DNA from: Chiloscyllium plagiosum
Taxonomy: Eukaryota
DNA length: 64,000 nt
Assembly (NCBI RefSeq): GCF_004010195.1
Contig: NC_057753.1
Location: forward strand, 9,165,544 to 9,229,543
Direction: 5' to 3'
Position 1 is the stretch's first letter. Every line of letters begins with the position of its first letter. Both the position numbers and the translations under genes were made by a program. Below, piece by piece: positions 13,827 through 28,059 of the stretch. Under the pieces are notes generated by a model. The model did not search any database. It saw only the letters and a program-made list of their open reading frames with translations, and was not told the origin of the DNA.

Positions 13827-16109
13827 CTTACGTGTGCAAAAAGAGGTGGGGACTGGGAACTTTGTTAATTGTACCACACAGTGGATTGTTGAGTAAGATT
13901 TAAATCTCACGGGATCCAGGGAGAGCTAACCAACTGGGGACAACATTTAGAAGCATGTTGTTATAGATGCTGGAATCCTTCCTGAAAACAACAAATGCTG
14001 AAGATCACAGTGGGTCAGGCAGCGCTGTGCTACTCTATGATTGGATAGTGTGGATGTGGAGATGATGTTTCCACTAGGAGAAGGGTTGAGGATGCCAAGT
14101 CATTGAGGGCATTTAAGACAGAGATAGGTTATTGATTAGTAAGGGGTCAAGGGTTATGAGGAGAGGGCAGCAGAATGGGATGGAGAAATATATCAGCCAT
14201 GATCGACTGGTGGAGCAGACTCAGTGGGCCAAATGGCCTCATCCTGCTGCTGTGTATTATGGTCTTAAAGCGGAGCAGTAGTCTTAAGGGGTTCTCATAA
14301 ACTATTTCAGAATCCTGAAGAGGAGTTGTTAGACTCGAAACTTTAACTCTGCTTTCTCTCCACAAATGCTTCCAGTCCTGCTGAGTTTTTCCAGTGTTCT
14401 CAGATTTGTTACAGATTTCCAGCATCCACAGTTCTTTGTCTTATTTATCACAGTCATTTCTTGCCCTTCCCAAGTGTCTGGAACTTCATCTCTCTGATCT
14501 ACAAACTGTTCACTTACCCTAGAAATGACCACTACCTCCTTATCAGAGTAGACCCCTTTGTTGCAAAATGATTGTTCAATTCTGTGAACAAAAAATTGCA
14601 TTCGTAATTACTTACACCAGGGACTCTCAATATCTCAGGCAAGAACACAGCCAGATTGCTTCAGACAGGACATTTATGTGATTTGATACAATTCCCTATT
14701 CTCTACTTTCCCAGCGTACTGCTGGGAATAAAGGGTTTGAGTTCAGAAGAAGCTGGGACATTTATTCCAACGGAGCCGAGCAAGTTGACAGATAACTTTA
14801 TGGAGATTTTTAAAATCAGGAGGGGTATCGATAAGGTGTCATTTCCAGGAGGCTCAGAATATTTTATTGCTCCAGAAGGTGTAAAAGGGGCTCAAAGATT
14901 CAGCAGAAATCGAGCAGAGCTGAGAACAGACAACATTTAACTCTGTTGGAACAGGGAGACCAGAGGACAGAGAAATCAGGACCTGAAATCCGAGCTGACA
15001 CCAGACTACCATGTTATCAGTGCTTTGATTAGCAGTGCCCGCCCTCTACCTTTACTGAGCCTCTCACTCGACTTGAATGCCACATATCCCCTCGATATTC
15101 CGGATCCAATCCTTGTCATTCTGGAGCCATATCTCTGAAAGGAGTCTCAGATCATAATTATTCTCTTCAACATGTGCAGTCAATTAATTCGCTTTTGTTA
15201 CAATGCAGCACACATTCACATACTGAGCTTTTAGTTTTATTTTTTATGATGGTTAGAATCCAGTTTTGATCATTTATTCTCCTTGTCCCTTTCTATCATT
15301 CTCTGGTATTTGTTTTCCACATCACTACATTGCTCACTGGCCTTGATTTGGATTGGCCATGCTAAATTGCCCAGTGTCCAGAGATGTGCAGGTTCGGTGG
15401 GTTAGCCAGGGGAAACGCAGGGTTATAGTTTCAAAATAATAGAAGGAGTAGGCCATTTGGCCCATCGACCCTGCTCAGCCATTCATTAAAATCATGGCTG
15501 ATCTATCAATCATCTCAGCTCCTCCTAATTGCATTATCCCAATTACCCTTAATTCCCCGACCACGCAAAAACCTATCCAACAGTGTCTTAATGAAGCTTC
15601 CTCTACTGCTTCCTTGAACACAGAATTCCATTAATTTACCATTAACCACATAGGTCCAGCCCTGATTTGCCTCATCAAAATGCAACAGCTCGTATTTGTC
15701 TAAATTAAACTCCATCCACTACTCCTTGGCCCATCGGCTCATCTGATCAATTATAATTTATATTAAACTTTCTTTCCTATCTTATTCCATAAAAGCTGAA
15801 AATCTCCATCCCACACACTCACCCTCCAACACGCAAACCAAGTGCTTAACCACAGAAGCAATCATCCCAACACCCACAAACGAAGCTGCATCAGGACATT
15901 ATTTCAATGAGCCACTACACACTGCATACAGTGGGTTATAAAATCATGAGGGATACGGATGAGGTGAACCGCAGGTGTCCTTTCCCTCAGCTGGGCGTTT
16001 CAGGATCAGGGAGCAAATATTTTGAGGTGAGTAGAGAAAGATTTTACCAAGACAGGACAAGGATCGTTTTTTAAGAGAGTGGTCTGAGAGCAGAATGAAT
16101 GTCCAGAAG

Positions 16110-16600
16110 AAGTCATAGAGTCATAGAGATGTACAGCACAGAAACAGACTGTTTGGTCCAACTTGTCCATGCTGGCCAACTATCCCAAAACAATCTAGTC
16201 CCACCTGACCGCACACGGCCCCATATCCCTCCAAACCCTTCCTATTCATATACCTAACCAAATGCCTTTTAAATGTTGCAATCGTACAAGACTTCACCAC
16301 TTCCTCTGGCAGTTCATTCAATCCACCTGACAGCACACGGCCCCATATCCCTCCAAACCCTTCCTATTCATATACCTAACCAAATGCCTTTTAAATTTTG
16401 CAATCGTACTAGACTTCACTTCCTCTGGCTGTTCATTCAATAAACGTACCATCCTCTGCGTGAAAAAGTTGCCCCTTCGATCTCTTTTGTATCTTTCCCC
16501 TCTAACGCTAAACGCATGCCCTCTCGTTCTGGACTCCCCCACCACAGGGAAAGACTTTGTCTATTTATCCTATCCATGCCCCTCATGATTTTATACACGT
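16110..16600 (-). mobile_element. CR1/HER1 LINE 3' end with an internal 122-bp tandem duplication
   Basis: ESRTRGHAFSVRGERYKRDRRGNFFTQRMV..ELPEEVV..FKRHLVRYMNRKG; CCACCTGAC..CACACGGCCCCATATCC occurs at 16201 and 16323. Confidence 0.88.
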
Positions 16601-18134
16601 ACAGTTACAACGTTTAAAAGACATTTGGTTAAGTACATGAATACGAAAGTTTCGAAGTTTTATGGGCTAAACACTGGTAGATGGGACGAGTTTAGTTTGA
16701 GAACATAGTCAGCATGGACTAGTTGGATGAAGGGTCTGTTCAGTGCTGCCTGACTATGTGACTGACCTGTACTGGTCTTAATACCAGTTTCCTACCTCCC
16801 CCCATAACCATACACTTCTTTGTTGTTCAAACTCAGATGAACTTAGCCTTGAATATGTTCAATGACCCCACTTCTGAACTCAATTCCTCTTCGTAATATA
16901 CCACTTGCCTCGCTCATTGCCTGCTGCATCTGCCCGACAACTGGCATTGACTGGTGTGGAGGGACTCTGAGACCCCTTTGTACATCCATACATCATTCCT
17001 GATGAAGGGCTTGTGCCCTAAACGTTCACTGTCCTGCTCCTCAGATGCTGCCTGACCTGTTGTGCTTTTCCATTGCCACATTTTTCGACTTTCACCTCTC
17101 GTCTTCACTTTCTCCACAATCCAATATATCACCATTTAAACAATGCACTGTTTTCTTTTAAACAGCAAAGGCTATAACTTCACATTGCGGCACTGGACTT
17201 GCCATGTGTTTGCCAATTGAGACACAGACCTGGACCAACTTCGGGAAGAGGCAAAACACTGAGTTCTGAACAAAAACGGTAGCACCACTCAAAACGAAGG
17301 CTCTGTTTACCTTTCCACAGATGCTGCTCAACCCGTTGGCTTTCTGCATTATTCGCTGCTTTCCATTAAAGAACTTCAATCCCTGTCCTCTGGTAACTGA
17401 CCCTCGTAAGTGGCAATGGGTTCTTCTGATCATTAACCTGCCCATTCCCACCACGTCTTCTCCCATCATTGCTAACAGCCCCTGGAAATCTCCAGTTAAC
17501 CTTCTTTGCTCCAAGGGGAACATTCCCAAACTTGGGAATGTCTCCACAAAATGGAAATTGCTCATCCCTGGATATGATCCAAATGTTACAATGGGGAAGA
17601 GGTTTTGGCAAAATATTGTCAGTTAGCAGGTGGAATAATTTTCAGAAAGTAAAACAGCAATCCCAGTCTCCAGCTTTGTGAATCTTTAGAAACTCTATGG
17701 GAAGTGGAATTAGAGGAGAACTATCCGACTGAGCAGAGACATTCCAGACACCTTCTCCTTGTTTAAGAGGCGGGGAGATTGACTCTGATATTCTCGGGAC
17801 GTGAACTGACCCGAGACATTGAAAGAATTCTCTGCACATCAGGAATTCAAACCCCTTCTCGGCTCGGGGCCAATAAGAAATTTCGGGAAGAGGCAAAGCA
17901 CTGAAAGGATCGGAAGGCGATGGCCCGGGTGAAGGAGAGCTATTTCCTCATGACATGGATGAGCCTGCAGATGGTGGGATCAGACAGTCCCCATGTCTCC
18001 ACAATGAATGTCCCAGGCTTTATTTTGGAAAAGTAAAACTGATAGAAGACAATGGTAATTCTGGGCGGGGCAGGTTGAATTATGAATTGAATAGTAGCGC
18101 CCTCAAAGAGAATGTGCGAGCGCTACCCGGGGCT

Positions 18135-18208
18135 GTCTTTGTGGCGCAATTGGTTAGCACGTTTAGTTGTTAATCGGATGGTTGGTGGTTCGAGACCACC
18201 CACGGACA
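18135..18208 (+). tRNA. tRNA-Asn(GTT), degenerate (probable pseudogene)
   Basis: GTCTTTGTGGCGCAATTGGTTAGCACGTTTAGTT-GTT-AATCGGATGGTTGGTGGTTCGAGACCACCCACGGACA. A and B boxes and a downstream T-run are present, but several stem pairs are mismatched. Confidence 0.8.
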
Positions 18209-18694
18209 GAGCGTTGTTTTTTGTTCTCGCTTCTAACGCTTTCTTGGCTGCGAAGATGCGCGTTATTAATGGTGTCAGCAAAATGTTTCCCAAACGGAAA
18301 TCTTCTCCACTGAGGAAGCACAAAGGGGTTTCTGAATTGATTGAATTTCTAACGTAAAGGACTGCGGATGCTGAGAGTCCGAGACAGAAAGCGAAACTGC
18401 TGGAGAAACTCAGTAGGTTTGGCTGTACCTGGATGAGGCAAAAATAGAGTTCTGAAATGTTGTCTCTGATTCTCTTTCCACAGATGCTGCCTGACCTGCT
18501 GAGTTGCTCCTGCAATTTCTAACTGAACGTCCATTTCATCTTTCGGGATGAAACACCCAGTCTCGCCATTTGCAGATATTTAACCCTTTCGAAACCTGTG
18601 AAGTGATTGGATTCAAACAAACTCTGCAATGATTCACTCTTTCTCAGCTCCACAGGCAGAGGGACCTGGGAAATGAAGCTGTCAGTGTGGTTCT

Positions 18695-18777
18695 GTATTG
18701 GCGGGCCGAGTGGTTAATGCGATGGACATGAAATCCATTGCGGTTTCCCCACGCAGGTGTGAACCCTGCCGACTACA
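18695..18777 (+). pseudogene. tRNA-Ser(TGA) pseudogene
   Basis: GGCCGAGTGGTTAATGCGATGGACA-TGA-AATCCATTGCGGTTTCCCCACGCAGGTGTGAACCCTGCCGACTAC. Long variable arm; B box broken (GGTGTGAA). Confidence 0.82.
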
Positions 18778-19190
18778 GTTGAGAACTGTCGTCAAAAGGA
18801 AAGGGAGATTGCTCCAACGGTTTTTTAAAGCTGCAAATCAGTGGAGGATTTGAAATATTTCAATCACCATTGGGACTGGTCGGGAATCTGTATCCCTCTG
18901 CCTATCAGGGTGGAACAAGCAGATACCCACAGAGCTGCTTTTGAGGCGATGAGCCAAGCGTTTGGAAATGAGACAGTGAGGGGCGTGAAGTCATGATCGA
19001 AATGAAGCAGGCACCTGAGGATTAATTTGTGTTTTTCCCAATGAAAGATACTGCTTCACAAAGTTGGGAGTATGGAAGGGAATCAGTGACGGTGATTATC
19101 TTTGGCTGTTCACCTTGTGAATGTTCCCATTGCTGCGCATATCCGTGTTAACGTCAGAACTCTGCAGCATGGCGGCGTCAGGTACGCACA

Positions 19191-19223
19191 GTGCCAGGGG
19201 CGCAATGGATGACGCATCTGACT
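19191..19223 (+). pseudogene. 5' half of a tRNA-Arg(ACG)-like gene
   Basis: GTGCCAGGGGCGCAATGGATGACGCATCTGACT resembles GGGCCAGTGGCGCAATGGATAACGCGTCTGACT; similarity stops at the anticodon loop. Confidence 0.55.
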
Positions 19224-19694
19224 CCACCTACCTGTTTGAAATGCAGCTCACAACTTCTTCTCACACCACAATTAATCTTTCTCATTGTCATGAAGCCGGC
19301 AGAAGGTTTGAATTCCTGATCTGCAGGAATGAGACTCTTTTCACTGTCTCGCGTCAGTAAGTGGACCTGAGAACATCAGAGTCACGTCACAGCGCTGTCA
19401 GAGGAGGGGAAGCTGAAATAGCCCCACACGCTGCTCACGGGCACATTTCACTTTCCCCAACTCACCAGCACAACCTCTGCGGCTCCTAGGAGTAGAAAGG
19501 GAACAAACACCAAAACCCAGTCTTGGCTTTGTAAATCTTCAGGAAATAAGAAACTGTTCATCCCTTTGGATCTTTCATCCTGGGCTGACAGCGTTGATTT
19601 TAAATGGCTGTCCAGTCAGTGCCGATTCGTTTTGGCTGAAAAAATATTCCTTATCTCATCACAGCGTTTCTTGCCACAAAGAACTGTGCGACAA

Positions 19695-19960
19695 AGTTCA
19701 TGTATATATTTCCTTGTATGGTATTTTGTAAATAACACTCGTTTGCTGGTTGTTTGTATCGGGTACTTCAGGTTCATTAGCCGCTGTTCAAGTGTGTTGG
19801 TAGGTTTGTGGGCTACCATGGTGCTGAGAGGATTGAGTTGTCTGGTCATCATTTCATAGATGTCTTTAATGTAAAGTAATGTGGCTAGAGTTTCTGCACA
19901 CGTTGTGTCTGCTTGTGTCAGTTTGTTGATGAGAAATCGGCACACTGGGTTTATTGGGTA
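19695..19960 (-). mobile_element. Penelope-like (Poseidon-type) fragment
   Basis: YPINPVCRFL...LATLLYIKDIYEMMTRQLNPLSTMVAHKPTNTL is homologous to ORF 56401..57171 (LATLPSIKHISEMTARLLRPLGLITAHKPTATL). Confidence 0.8.
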
Positions 19961-19961
19961 G

Positions 19962-20620
19962 GCAAAAGTGAGTACTGCAGATGCTGGAAACCAGAGTGGT
20001 GCTGGAAAAGCACAGCAGATCAGACAGCTTGCGAGGATCAGGAAAATCGACGTTTCGGGCAAAAGCCCTTCATCAGGAATAGAGGCAGGACGCTTCCAGG
20101 GCTGGCGAGATAAATTGGGGGGTGCTGGGCCGAAGGTAGCAATGAGTACAATAGGTGAATGAGGATGGGGACAGAGGTGACAGGTCAGAGAGGAGGATGG
20201 AACGGATAGGTGGGAAGGGAGATTGGCAGGTAGGACAGGTCATGACGACAGCGCTGAGCTGGAAGGTTGGAACCGAGGTAAGGTGAGGGGAGGGGAAATG
20301 AGGAAACTGGTGAAGTCCACATTGATCTCCTTGGGTTGAATGTATCCGAGACGGACGTTGGGGCGTTCTACCTCCAGGCATCGGGAGGAGGGAGGGTGCG
20401 TCGATGCAGGAGGCCCAGGACCTGCATGTCCCCGGCAGAGTGGGAGGTGGGGTTGAAATGTTGGGCCATAGGGCGATGGGGTTGATTGTTGCGGGTGTCC
20501 TGGAGATGTTCCCTCAAGCGCTGTGACTTGATTCTGCGAGGAGTCTCCAGTCTCCCCAATGTAGAGGAGACCACATCGGGAGAAATGGATACAAGAAATG
20601 ACACTGGTGGGAAGCCTTCG
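19962..20620 (-). mobile_element. Penelope-like element 3' part: GIY-YIG remnant plus terminal repeat with hammerhead-like core (20041-20077)
   Basis: CIHFSRCGLLYIGETG, REHLQDTRNNQPHRPMAQHFNPTSHSAGDMQVLGLLH; minus strand CCTGATGAAGGGCTTTTGCCCGAAACGTCGATTTTCC. Confidence 0.8.
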
Positions 20621-20629
20621 AACTCCCAT

Positions 20630-20657
20630 GGCCCGGTTTCGATTTCCGAGCAGGGAA
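20630..20657 (+). pseudogene. 3' fragment of tRNA-Glu, immediately upstream of the intact copy
   Basis: GGCCCGGTTTCGATTTCCGAGCAGGGAAGCAATTTTCAG parallels GGCCCGGGTTCGATGCCCGGTCAGGGAAGCACTTTTCAG at ~20739, including the 3' flank. Confidence 0.7.
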
Positions 20658-20694
20658 GCAATTTTCAGTAGATCTGTCACATGGCGCCCCTGTC

Positions 20695-20766
20695 TCCCTG
20701 GTGGTCTAGTGGTTAGGATTCGGCGCTTTCACCGCCGCGGCCCGGGTTCGATGCCCGGTCAGGGAA
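20695..20766 (+). tRNA. tRNA-Glu(TTC), essentially intact
   Basis: TCCCTGGTGGTCTAGTGGTTAGGATTCGGCGCT-TTC-ACCGCCGCGGCCCGGGTTCGATGCCCGGTCAGGGAA. Stems are intact, there is one T-loop change, and a TTTT terminator lies at 20771-20774. Confidence 0.95.
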
Positions 20767-20834
20767 GCACTTTTCAGCGTGGATTTTGGCTACCCATTCT
20801 CCTTAAGTGCGCTGTCCAGTTACTTATTGGTCTT

Positions 20835-21395
20835 CGTTGTCACTGGGTGCTGTAGTGTATAGTGGCTCGTTGAAATAGTGTCCTGATTCAGATTTGTTTG
20901 CATGTGTAGGGATGATTACTTCTGTAGCCAAGTACTTGGTTCGCGTGTAGTGTTTTCCTGCAGACGCTGTTTTGAATTTACCATTTACTGTTCGCTCTAC
21001 TGTGACATCTAGAAATGGCACTTTGTTGTTGTTCTCCTCTTTTGTGAATTTTATGCCAGTAAGGATATTATTGATGGTGTTGTAGATTTCCTCTAATTTG
21101 TTTCATTTTTTGATGACAGAAGTGTTTCATGGGTATTTCGTTGATTTGTTTGTAGGGCTTGTTACTGAATATGAAGTGGGTGGTAAGGCACAGTTCCACA
21201 AGCTTGACAGTGCTATCTTTGCTGTTGAAGTTGGTGCTGTGTTTGTGTCTTTGGTTCCTCAGGACATCAGGATATTATTTCAACGAGCCACTACACACGG
21301 CAGCACAGAGAAACTACGAAGAGCACAAGAGAAATACGTATATAGTGTAATTAAGGAGAACGGGTACCCAATAAACCCAGTCCGCCGATTTCTCA
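20835..21395. mobile_element. Rearranged Penelope-like RT fragments (both strands)
   Basis: Minus PFLDVTVERTVNGKFKT; plus IRILFQRATTHGSTEKLRRAQEKYVYSVIKENGYP. Both are homologous to the 56 kb element. Confidence 0.75.
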
Positions 21396-21616
21396 TGGAT
21401 GCTTCCAAGCGGACTCTCAAAACTTCGGTTTGTCCCTCCATTCTTTCCTGTTTGTTTTTTGTGGATTTTGAAAGCTTTCGCAATCCTCTGACTGAGTATT
21501 GGAGTTGGGAATTTATGTTGTGGCTGTACAGGACATTGGTTAGACCACTTTTGGAATATTGTGTGCAATCCTGATCTCCCGCCTATCAGAAGGATATCGT
21601 GAAATTTGAAAGGGTT

Positions 21617-22240
<624 letters not shown>

Positions 22241-22624
22241 AGATCCTACCAGTGACGCTGCCTTCGGTCACACCCCAGGACTGAACCACCTGCCAGTTCT
22301 GACAGTGGGTGCAGTAGCAGAGTAGGTGGACTGTTTTTGTTTACTGCTAGGCTGCAATTGCCTCCCCTATACCCAACAACCACAACCCTATGGTGACTCA
22401 GGGTTTGCACTGCTGCCTCATGGCACCAGGAACCAGGAATAATTCCACCCTAGGGGGTCTGTGTGCAATTTATGGAGGGTAGGAAAATAGATCTGAGTAG
22501 GTTACTGTTCGGAAGATCAGTGCAGATGTGTTGGGCTGAAGGACCTGTTTCCACATTGTAGGAGTTCTACGATCCTATGAGCTTTGCTTTCAGTGGACAC
22601 TGCTGCTCATTGAGTCCGGGACTT

Positions 22625-22916
22625 CACATTGCCAATGAAATGATCCAGAGAAACCTAAAACCGCAAGACCATCGGTGCAGAAGTTAGTCCATTCGGCCCG
22701 TCGTGTCTACTCTGCCAGTCGTTAGTGACAAAAGTAGTGCAGATAAGATTAGCTACAGTGTGGAAACAGGCACATTGCCAATGAAATGATCCAGAGAAAC
22801 CTAAAACCGCAAGACCATCGGAGCAGAAGTTAGTCCATTCGGCCCGTCGTGTCTATTCTGCCAGTCGTTAGTGACAAAAGTAGTGCAGATAAGATTCGCT
22901 ACAGTGTGGAAACAGG
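22625..22916 (+). repeat. Near-perfect 146-bp tandem duplication
   Basis: CACATTGCCAATGAAATGATCCAGAGAAACC...CTACAGTGTGGAAACAGG at 22625-22770 and 22771-22916. Confidence 0.92.
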
Positions 22917-23190
22917 CCATTTGTCCCAACAAGTCCACACCGACCGCCCGAAAAGTAACCCATCCAGACCCATTTCCCTCTGACTAATGTACCTAACACT
23001 ATGGGTAATTAAGCATGGCCAATCCACATAACCTGCAGATCTTTGGTTTATGGAAGAAAACAGGACCACCCAGAGAAAACCCACGCAGACTCTGGGAGAA
23101 TGTGCAAACTCCTCACAGACAGCCCCCCAAGGTTGGAATCAAACCTGGATCCCCGCCAATGTGAGGCTGCAGAGGTAACAACTAAATATT
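22898..23190 (-). mobile_element. HE1-type V-SINE
   Basis: AAAACCCACGCAGAC..GGGAGAATGTGCAAACTCC; same family as 9858 and 13520. Confidence 0.8.
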
Positions 23191-23319
23191 GCAACCCGTA
23201 GTAGGCAAGCAGGAGGTTGGGAGAATACAGCAAGCCAGGCAGCACCAGAATGTGGAGTAGTCAGCGTTTTGGGTATTAACCATTCTTCAGGACTGAAACG
23301 TTGACTCCTCTATGATAAA

Positions 23320-23680
23320 CGATTTACGGGAATGTTACTGGGGGTTGGAGGATTTGAGCTATAGGGAGAGGCTGAATAGGCTGGGGCTGTTTTCACTGGA
23401 GCATCGGAGGCAGCGGATTGACCTAAGAGAGGTTACAAAATCATGAGGGGCATGGATAGGGTAATAGACAAGGTCTTTTCCCTGGGGTGGGGGAGTCCAG
23501 AACTAGAGGGTAAGAGGCGAAATATATTAAAGGGACAAATTCTTCATGCAGAGGGTAGTATATATCTGAAATAAGCTGCCAGAGTATATGGGTCAGGTGC
23601 TGTCAAATGGGAGTAGATTAATTTAGGATAGCAGGTCAGCATGGACAAGTTGGACTGAAGGATCTGTTTCCATGCTGTAC
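23320..23680 (+). mobile_element. CR1/HER1 LINE 3' end
   Basis: TTGAGCTATAGGGAGAGGCTGAATAGGCTGGGGCTGTTTTC...GGGGAGTCCAGAACTAGAGG. Confidence 0.8.
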
Positions 23681-24904
23681 GTGTCTCTGACTGCTGGTCC
23701 TGATGTAAGTTTAAAATAGAGTCCAAGTAACTTTGAATAGTTCAATCTTGTTGAGCTCACCTCCTAAAAATTTTCAAATTAATCCCTCCGAGCGATACTG
23801 TTTAAACATGCTGAGTTGGACAAAGTATCCCATCAAGTTCAACACAAACCCAGAGTTGAAGAAGTCAGAAGTCAGAACACCAAGGGGACCAAAACTGGTC
23901 ACAATATTCCAGGTGCCGCCTCATCAACGTCCTGTATAACTACAAAATAACTTGCTAACATCTATACTCAATTCCCTAATTGATGAAGGCCAGTGTGCTG
24001 AAACCCTTTTTCATTGCCTTGTGTACCGATGTAATCAGAATATAGGACCAACTTTAAACTGATGCACAATCCAGTTGCTGGGTGCCCAGAAGCAGAGTAG
24101 TGCTGCGTGAGTGTGCTGGGCACGTAACCAAGAGGTCAATTGGTCAAAACCGTGTGATGCTATTGCTCAATGTCTCTGTAAGCTGCTTTCATTTGCAAAG
24201 GTGCTCTTTCTGTATCTTGCCTTTGCATCTGCTTCCCAAAGCTTCTTCAGTGGAGGAGTGGTAGTGGCATCAATCCCCCGGAGCTGAAAGAAGGTCCGAG
24301 CTCCAAGAAGCGGGGGGTAAGCCTGGAGACTGGATTTGCTCAAGGCTTGTATTTTTAACTCATTTAAATGGTACCTACTTAACGGGGCTATGGTTTACAT
24401 TAAAACCGGAGGATCATATCAGAGTGTTATATTTAGCAGTGGTAGTTGGTAAAATGCACTCCCTGGAGGAGCACCCTCTATAATGCTGCATTTCTTGCCT
24501 TCTGCCCTTCCCCATTTCTTATCTCCCAATTGATTTTATATTTTTTGGGGGTCAAATTTAATTTCATATCAATCAGACTTGGTATTCACTGTGTGCTATT
24601 AATTTGTTCGAATATTGTAAGTCAAAATTAATGCTGTAATTTCATTTCTGATGTCAGAGTTTGACATTGAATGTGCAGGTCTGAATACCATTAAGTTGTG
24701 AAAATAAATCAAGAACTTGTGGTTTTAACAAAAAGAGCAGTTCACTGATATTGATGGCATTGTCTCATTTGGGAGTGATGATTCAAATCTGACCAACAAA
24801 CCGTTTCATGAAGTCACCCAATTTAATTAAAGTTTTCTTTAATTTAGGGAAAGAAAATAACTCTGGCAGGCTAAGATTTATGCAATCTAGTTATAAGATA
24901 ATGT

Positions 24905-25410
24905 CCATTGCTCGCAATATGGTCTCATCCATATTGGGGAAACTGGACGCCAACTAGCGGAACGTTTCAGGGACCGACCGCCCTGTGCCTGAACTCTTTA
25001 ACTCCCCGTCCCATTCCACCAAGGACATGCAAGTCCTGGGCCTCCTCCACTGCCAAACTCTTGCTACCCGATGCTTGTCGGAAAAACACCTCATCTTCTG
25101 CCTTGGGACCCTCCAACTACATGGGATCAATGCAGATTTCATCAGTTTCCTCATTTCCTCTCCCCCACCTTGTCCCAGATCCAGCTTTCCAATTCGACAC
25201 CGACCTCTTGACCTGTCATATCTGTCCACCTTGCTTTTCACCTATTTGCTCCATCCTCATCTCTGACCTATCACCATCAATCCCTACCTCCATCTACCTA
25301 TTGCACTCCCAGCTGCCTTTCCTCCAGCCCCACTACCTTCCCAAGTATCTCTCAGCCCCCTTGGGCCACCCTTTATTCCTGATGAAGAGCGTATGCTCTA
25401 AACCAAGACT
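24905..25410 (+). mobile_element. Penelope-like GIY-YIG remnant with terminal hammerhead-like core
   Basis: IGETGRQLAERF; FNSPSHSTKDMQVLGLLHCQTLATRCLSEKHLIFCLGTLQ; ends CCTGATGAAGAGCGTATGCTCTAAAC. Confidence 0.78.
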
Positions 25411-28059
25411 GTGATGAAGCAACATCCTCAACAAATAGGAAATAGCTTCCAAGTCAGATTTCATCCCCTCTTCTGTTTCCCAGTTCTTTCAGAAATAAGA
25501 AATGTCTTTTTCTTCCACTAGAAAGTGGTCTTCCACTTTCCGCTGTCTGAAGTGTTATGCTACACCACTACTTCAGCCACCTTTTAAGAATCCTTCCAAC
25601 CTGTTTTTCTAACAATTGTGGAGGTGACCAAAAGCAAACATTTCACTCCTCCTCAATGCCCCATTTCGCCTCCTATGAGCCATTGTGTCATGTTGTCTAT
25701 GTTACAAGCAGCCGAGTGCACTTGGTTTCTGAATTGAAATTTGGCCATTGACGTGAACAGGATTGATATTTATCGATGGCTCGCTGTGTTTGCACTAACT
25801 GTAATTATCCACCAATACGATGTCTTTTGTTCCACCAAAACTGGAAACAATGATCTGTGTTTATATTGCAGTCGGATGTAGAATATCATCCCAGCGATCT
25901 TCACCTTATTATAGTTTACTGTGGCCATAACAGCATTGCGTGGCAGTTTGATGGGACTAAAACTTGGATGGAAAGAATGTAGATTGATGAGAAGTCAAAA
26001 TGGCAGAGTCTGTGGCCACAATCGATCTGTCTGGCTTGATTATATGAGTGGCTGCTCTTCAAGAGCAACTTCCACTCCATCACTTCAACCAGCAAGAGGA
26101 GATAAGTGTGAACACAACATTCCAACTGTGACATATACGCATTGCTTCGATGTTATTGATCAAAATCCTGGAACTCGCTCCTGAACCTCTATTATAGACC
26201 ACGTCATATTTGTGAATCAATTTAAAAGGCAGCTCACCATCACCTTTTCAAGGACAGTTTGGAAAGACTTGCTGTCAGAGCCAATGATATTCACATGATA
26301 TTGGAGACACTCTAATTGTATGGATAGATGATTGGCTAACCAATGATACAGTAGGGATTAGGGGCATGTTCAGGATCGCAACTTGTAACGAGCAATGTGC
26401 CACAGGGATCAGGGCTGGGGTCAAAATTATTTACAATATGGATATGAATTACTGGGAAACATGAAGTGAATGTACTATTGCCAAGACTGCAGTAGAGACA
26501 GTTGATTGGAATACAGGTGGTGAGGATGACATGGAGAGGGATATCGACAGGTTAAGCAAATGAGCAAACCCTTGCCAGATGGAATAGAATGTGGGCAAAT
26601 GAGGTTGTGCACTTTGCCAGGAGGAAATGTACTGAATGTTAAATGGAGAAAGTTGCTGAATAGGAGGATTTTGAAGCTCGCATTCATGAACTCTTCATCT
26701 AAGTTCAGTAAGTATCAGGGAAGGCAACAGGGAGATTGGCCTTTAAATAGAGTACAAAAGTGGGGAGGTTACAGTGAACCTCTGCCTGGAGGTTTTGATT
26801 GAAAGTACAGTGAAGATTCAACCAACTGACAGTGGATCTGAATCACATGTAGATCAGACCAGTTTCAGACAGCAGGAAACCAGATAAATTTTTAAAACAA
26901 ACCACAACGATTTCATCATGAGACTCTTAATTCCAGATTTATAGTAGAGTAGAGTAATAGGGAAGATAAATGGGATGTTGGTTTTTAAATGGAGTATAAA
27001 TGTAGTGAGGTTATAGTGAACCTAAATCAGACACCAATTAGGCCACAACTGAACACGGGGAAGAGTTTTGGGCCTTTTAGCTAAGGTAAGATATACCGGC
27101 ATTGGAGGCAGTCCAGAGTAGGTTGACCAGGATGAAATCAGGGATGAAAATAATGTCTTATGAGGAGAAATCAATTCGTTCGGTCTGTGGTTAATAGAAG
27201 TTAGAAGATTTCGAGGTAACCTTATTGTCACAAACAAGATTCTGAGGAGACGTGACAGGCTAGATGTGGGAATGTTTACCCTTGTGGATGATTTTAGAAT
27301 CAGAGGGAATAACCTGCAAATAAGGTAATGTATGTTTAGGACAGCTGTTGAGCCTGGATTATTAAGTGCATTCAAAACTAAGATACATTTTTTTTAAATC
27401 AGAAAGGGAATTGAGGATTATGAGGAAACAGCGGGAAAGTGAAGTTGATGTTTACCAGAACAATAGTGGGAGACAAAATGCGATATCCCATGAATGAGTA
27501 AAGGAAAATAGTCAGGAGAAAATTGTCATTGATTGAAAGATTTGGATCTAGTGGTAATGGTTGAGCAACCGAGAGATCTGGGTCTTCTGAGAACACAAAT
27601 TGAAATCCCATCATGGCTGCTGGTGGAATTTATGTTCAGAGATATGGAAGTGAAAGTTTCTCTCTGTCCTGGCAACCAGGAAACAGTTTTTCACTAAAAT
27701 AATCAATTGCAGATGTTGGAGATCTGCAACAAAAAGCAAAATTTCTGGGGAAACGCAGCAGGTCTGGCAGCATCTGTGGAGAGAAACTAGTTAATGTTTT
27801 GAATCCATGTTTTGAAGGACCACTGGACTCAAAGCAGCAACACTGTTGTCTCTTCATAGATGCTACCAGAACTGTTGTGTTTCTCCTGAAACTGTCCTTT
27901 TTANNNNNNNNNNNNNNNNNNNNAAAATATTTTCTCATAACTGAAAAAAAACATAGATTAATGAAGGACAGCCAAAACAAACTGCTATGGGAAAGTCATG
28001 CCCAACTAACCTGATTTGCTTGTAGTTATATTTTTTAAAATCCTCTTCAGAGAGGACAT

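Noticed and set aside
22625..22916. Repeats as a CRISPR-like array
   Set aside because: Two-copy tandem duplication with no spacers, in a eukaryotic context with no cas genes.
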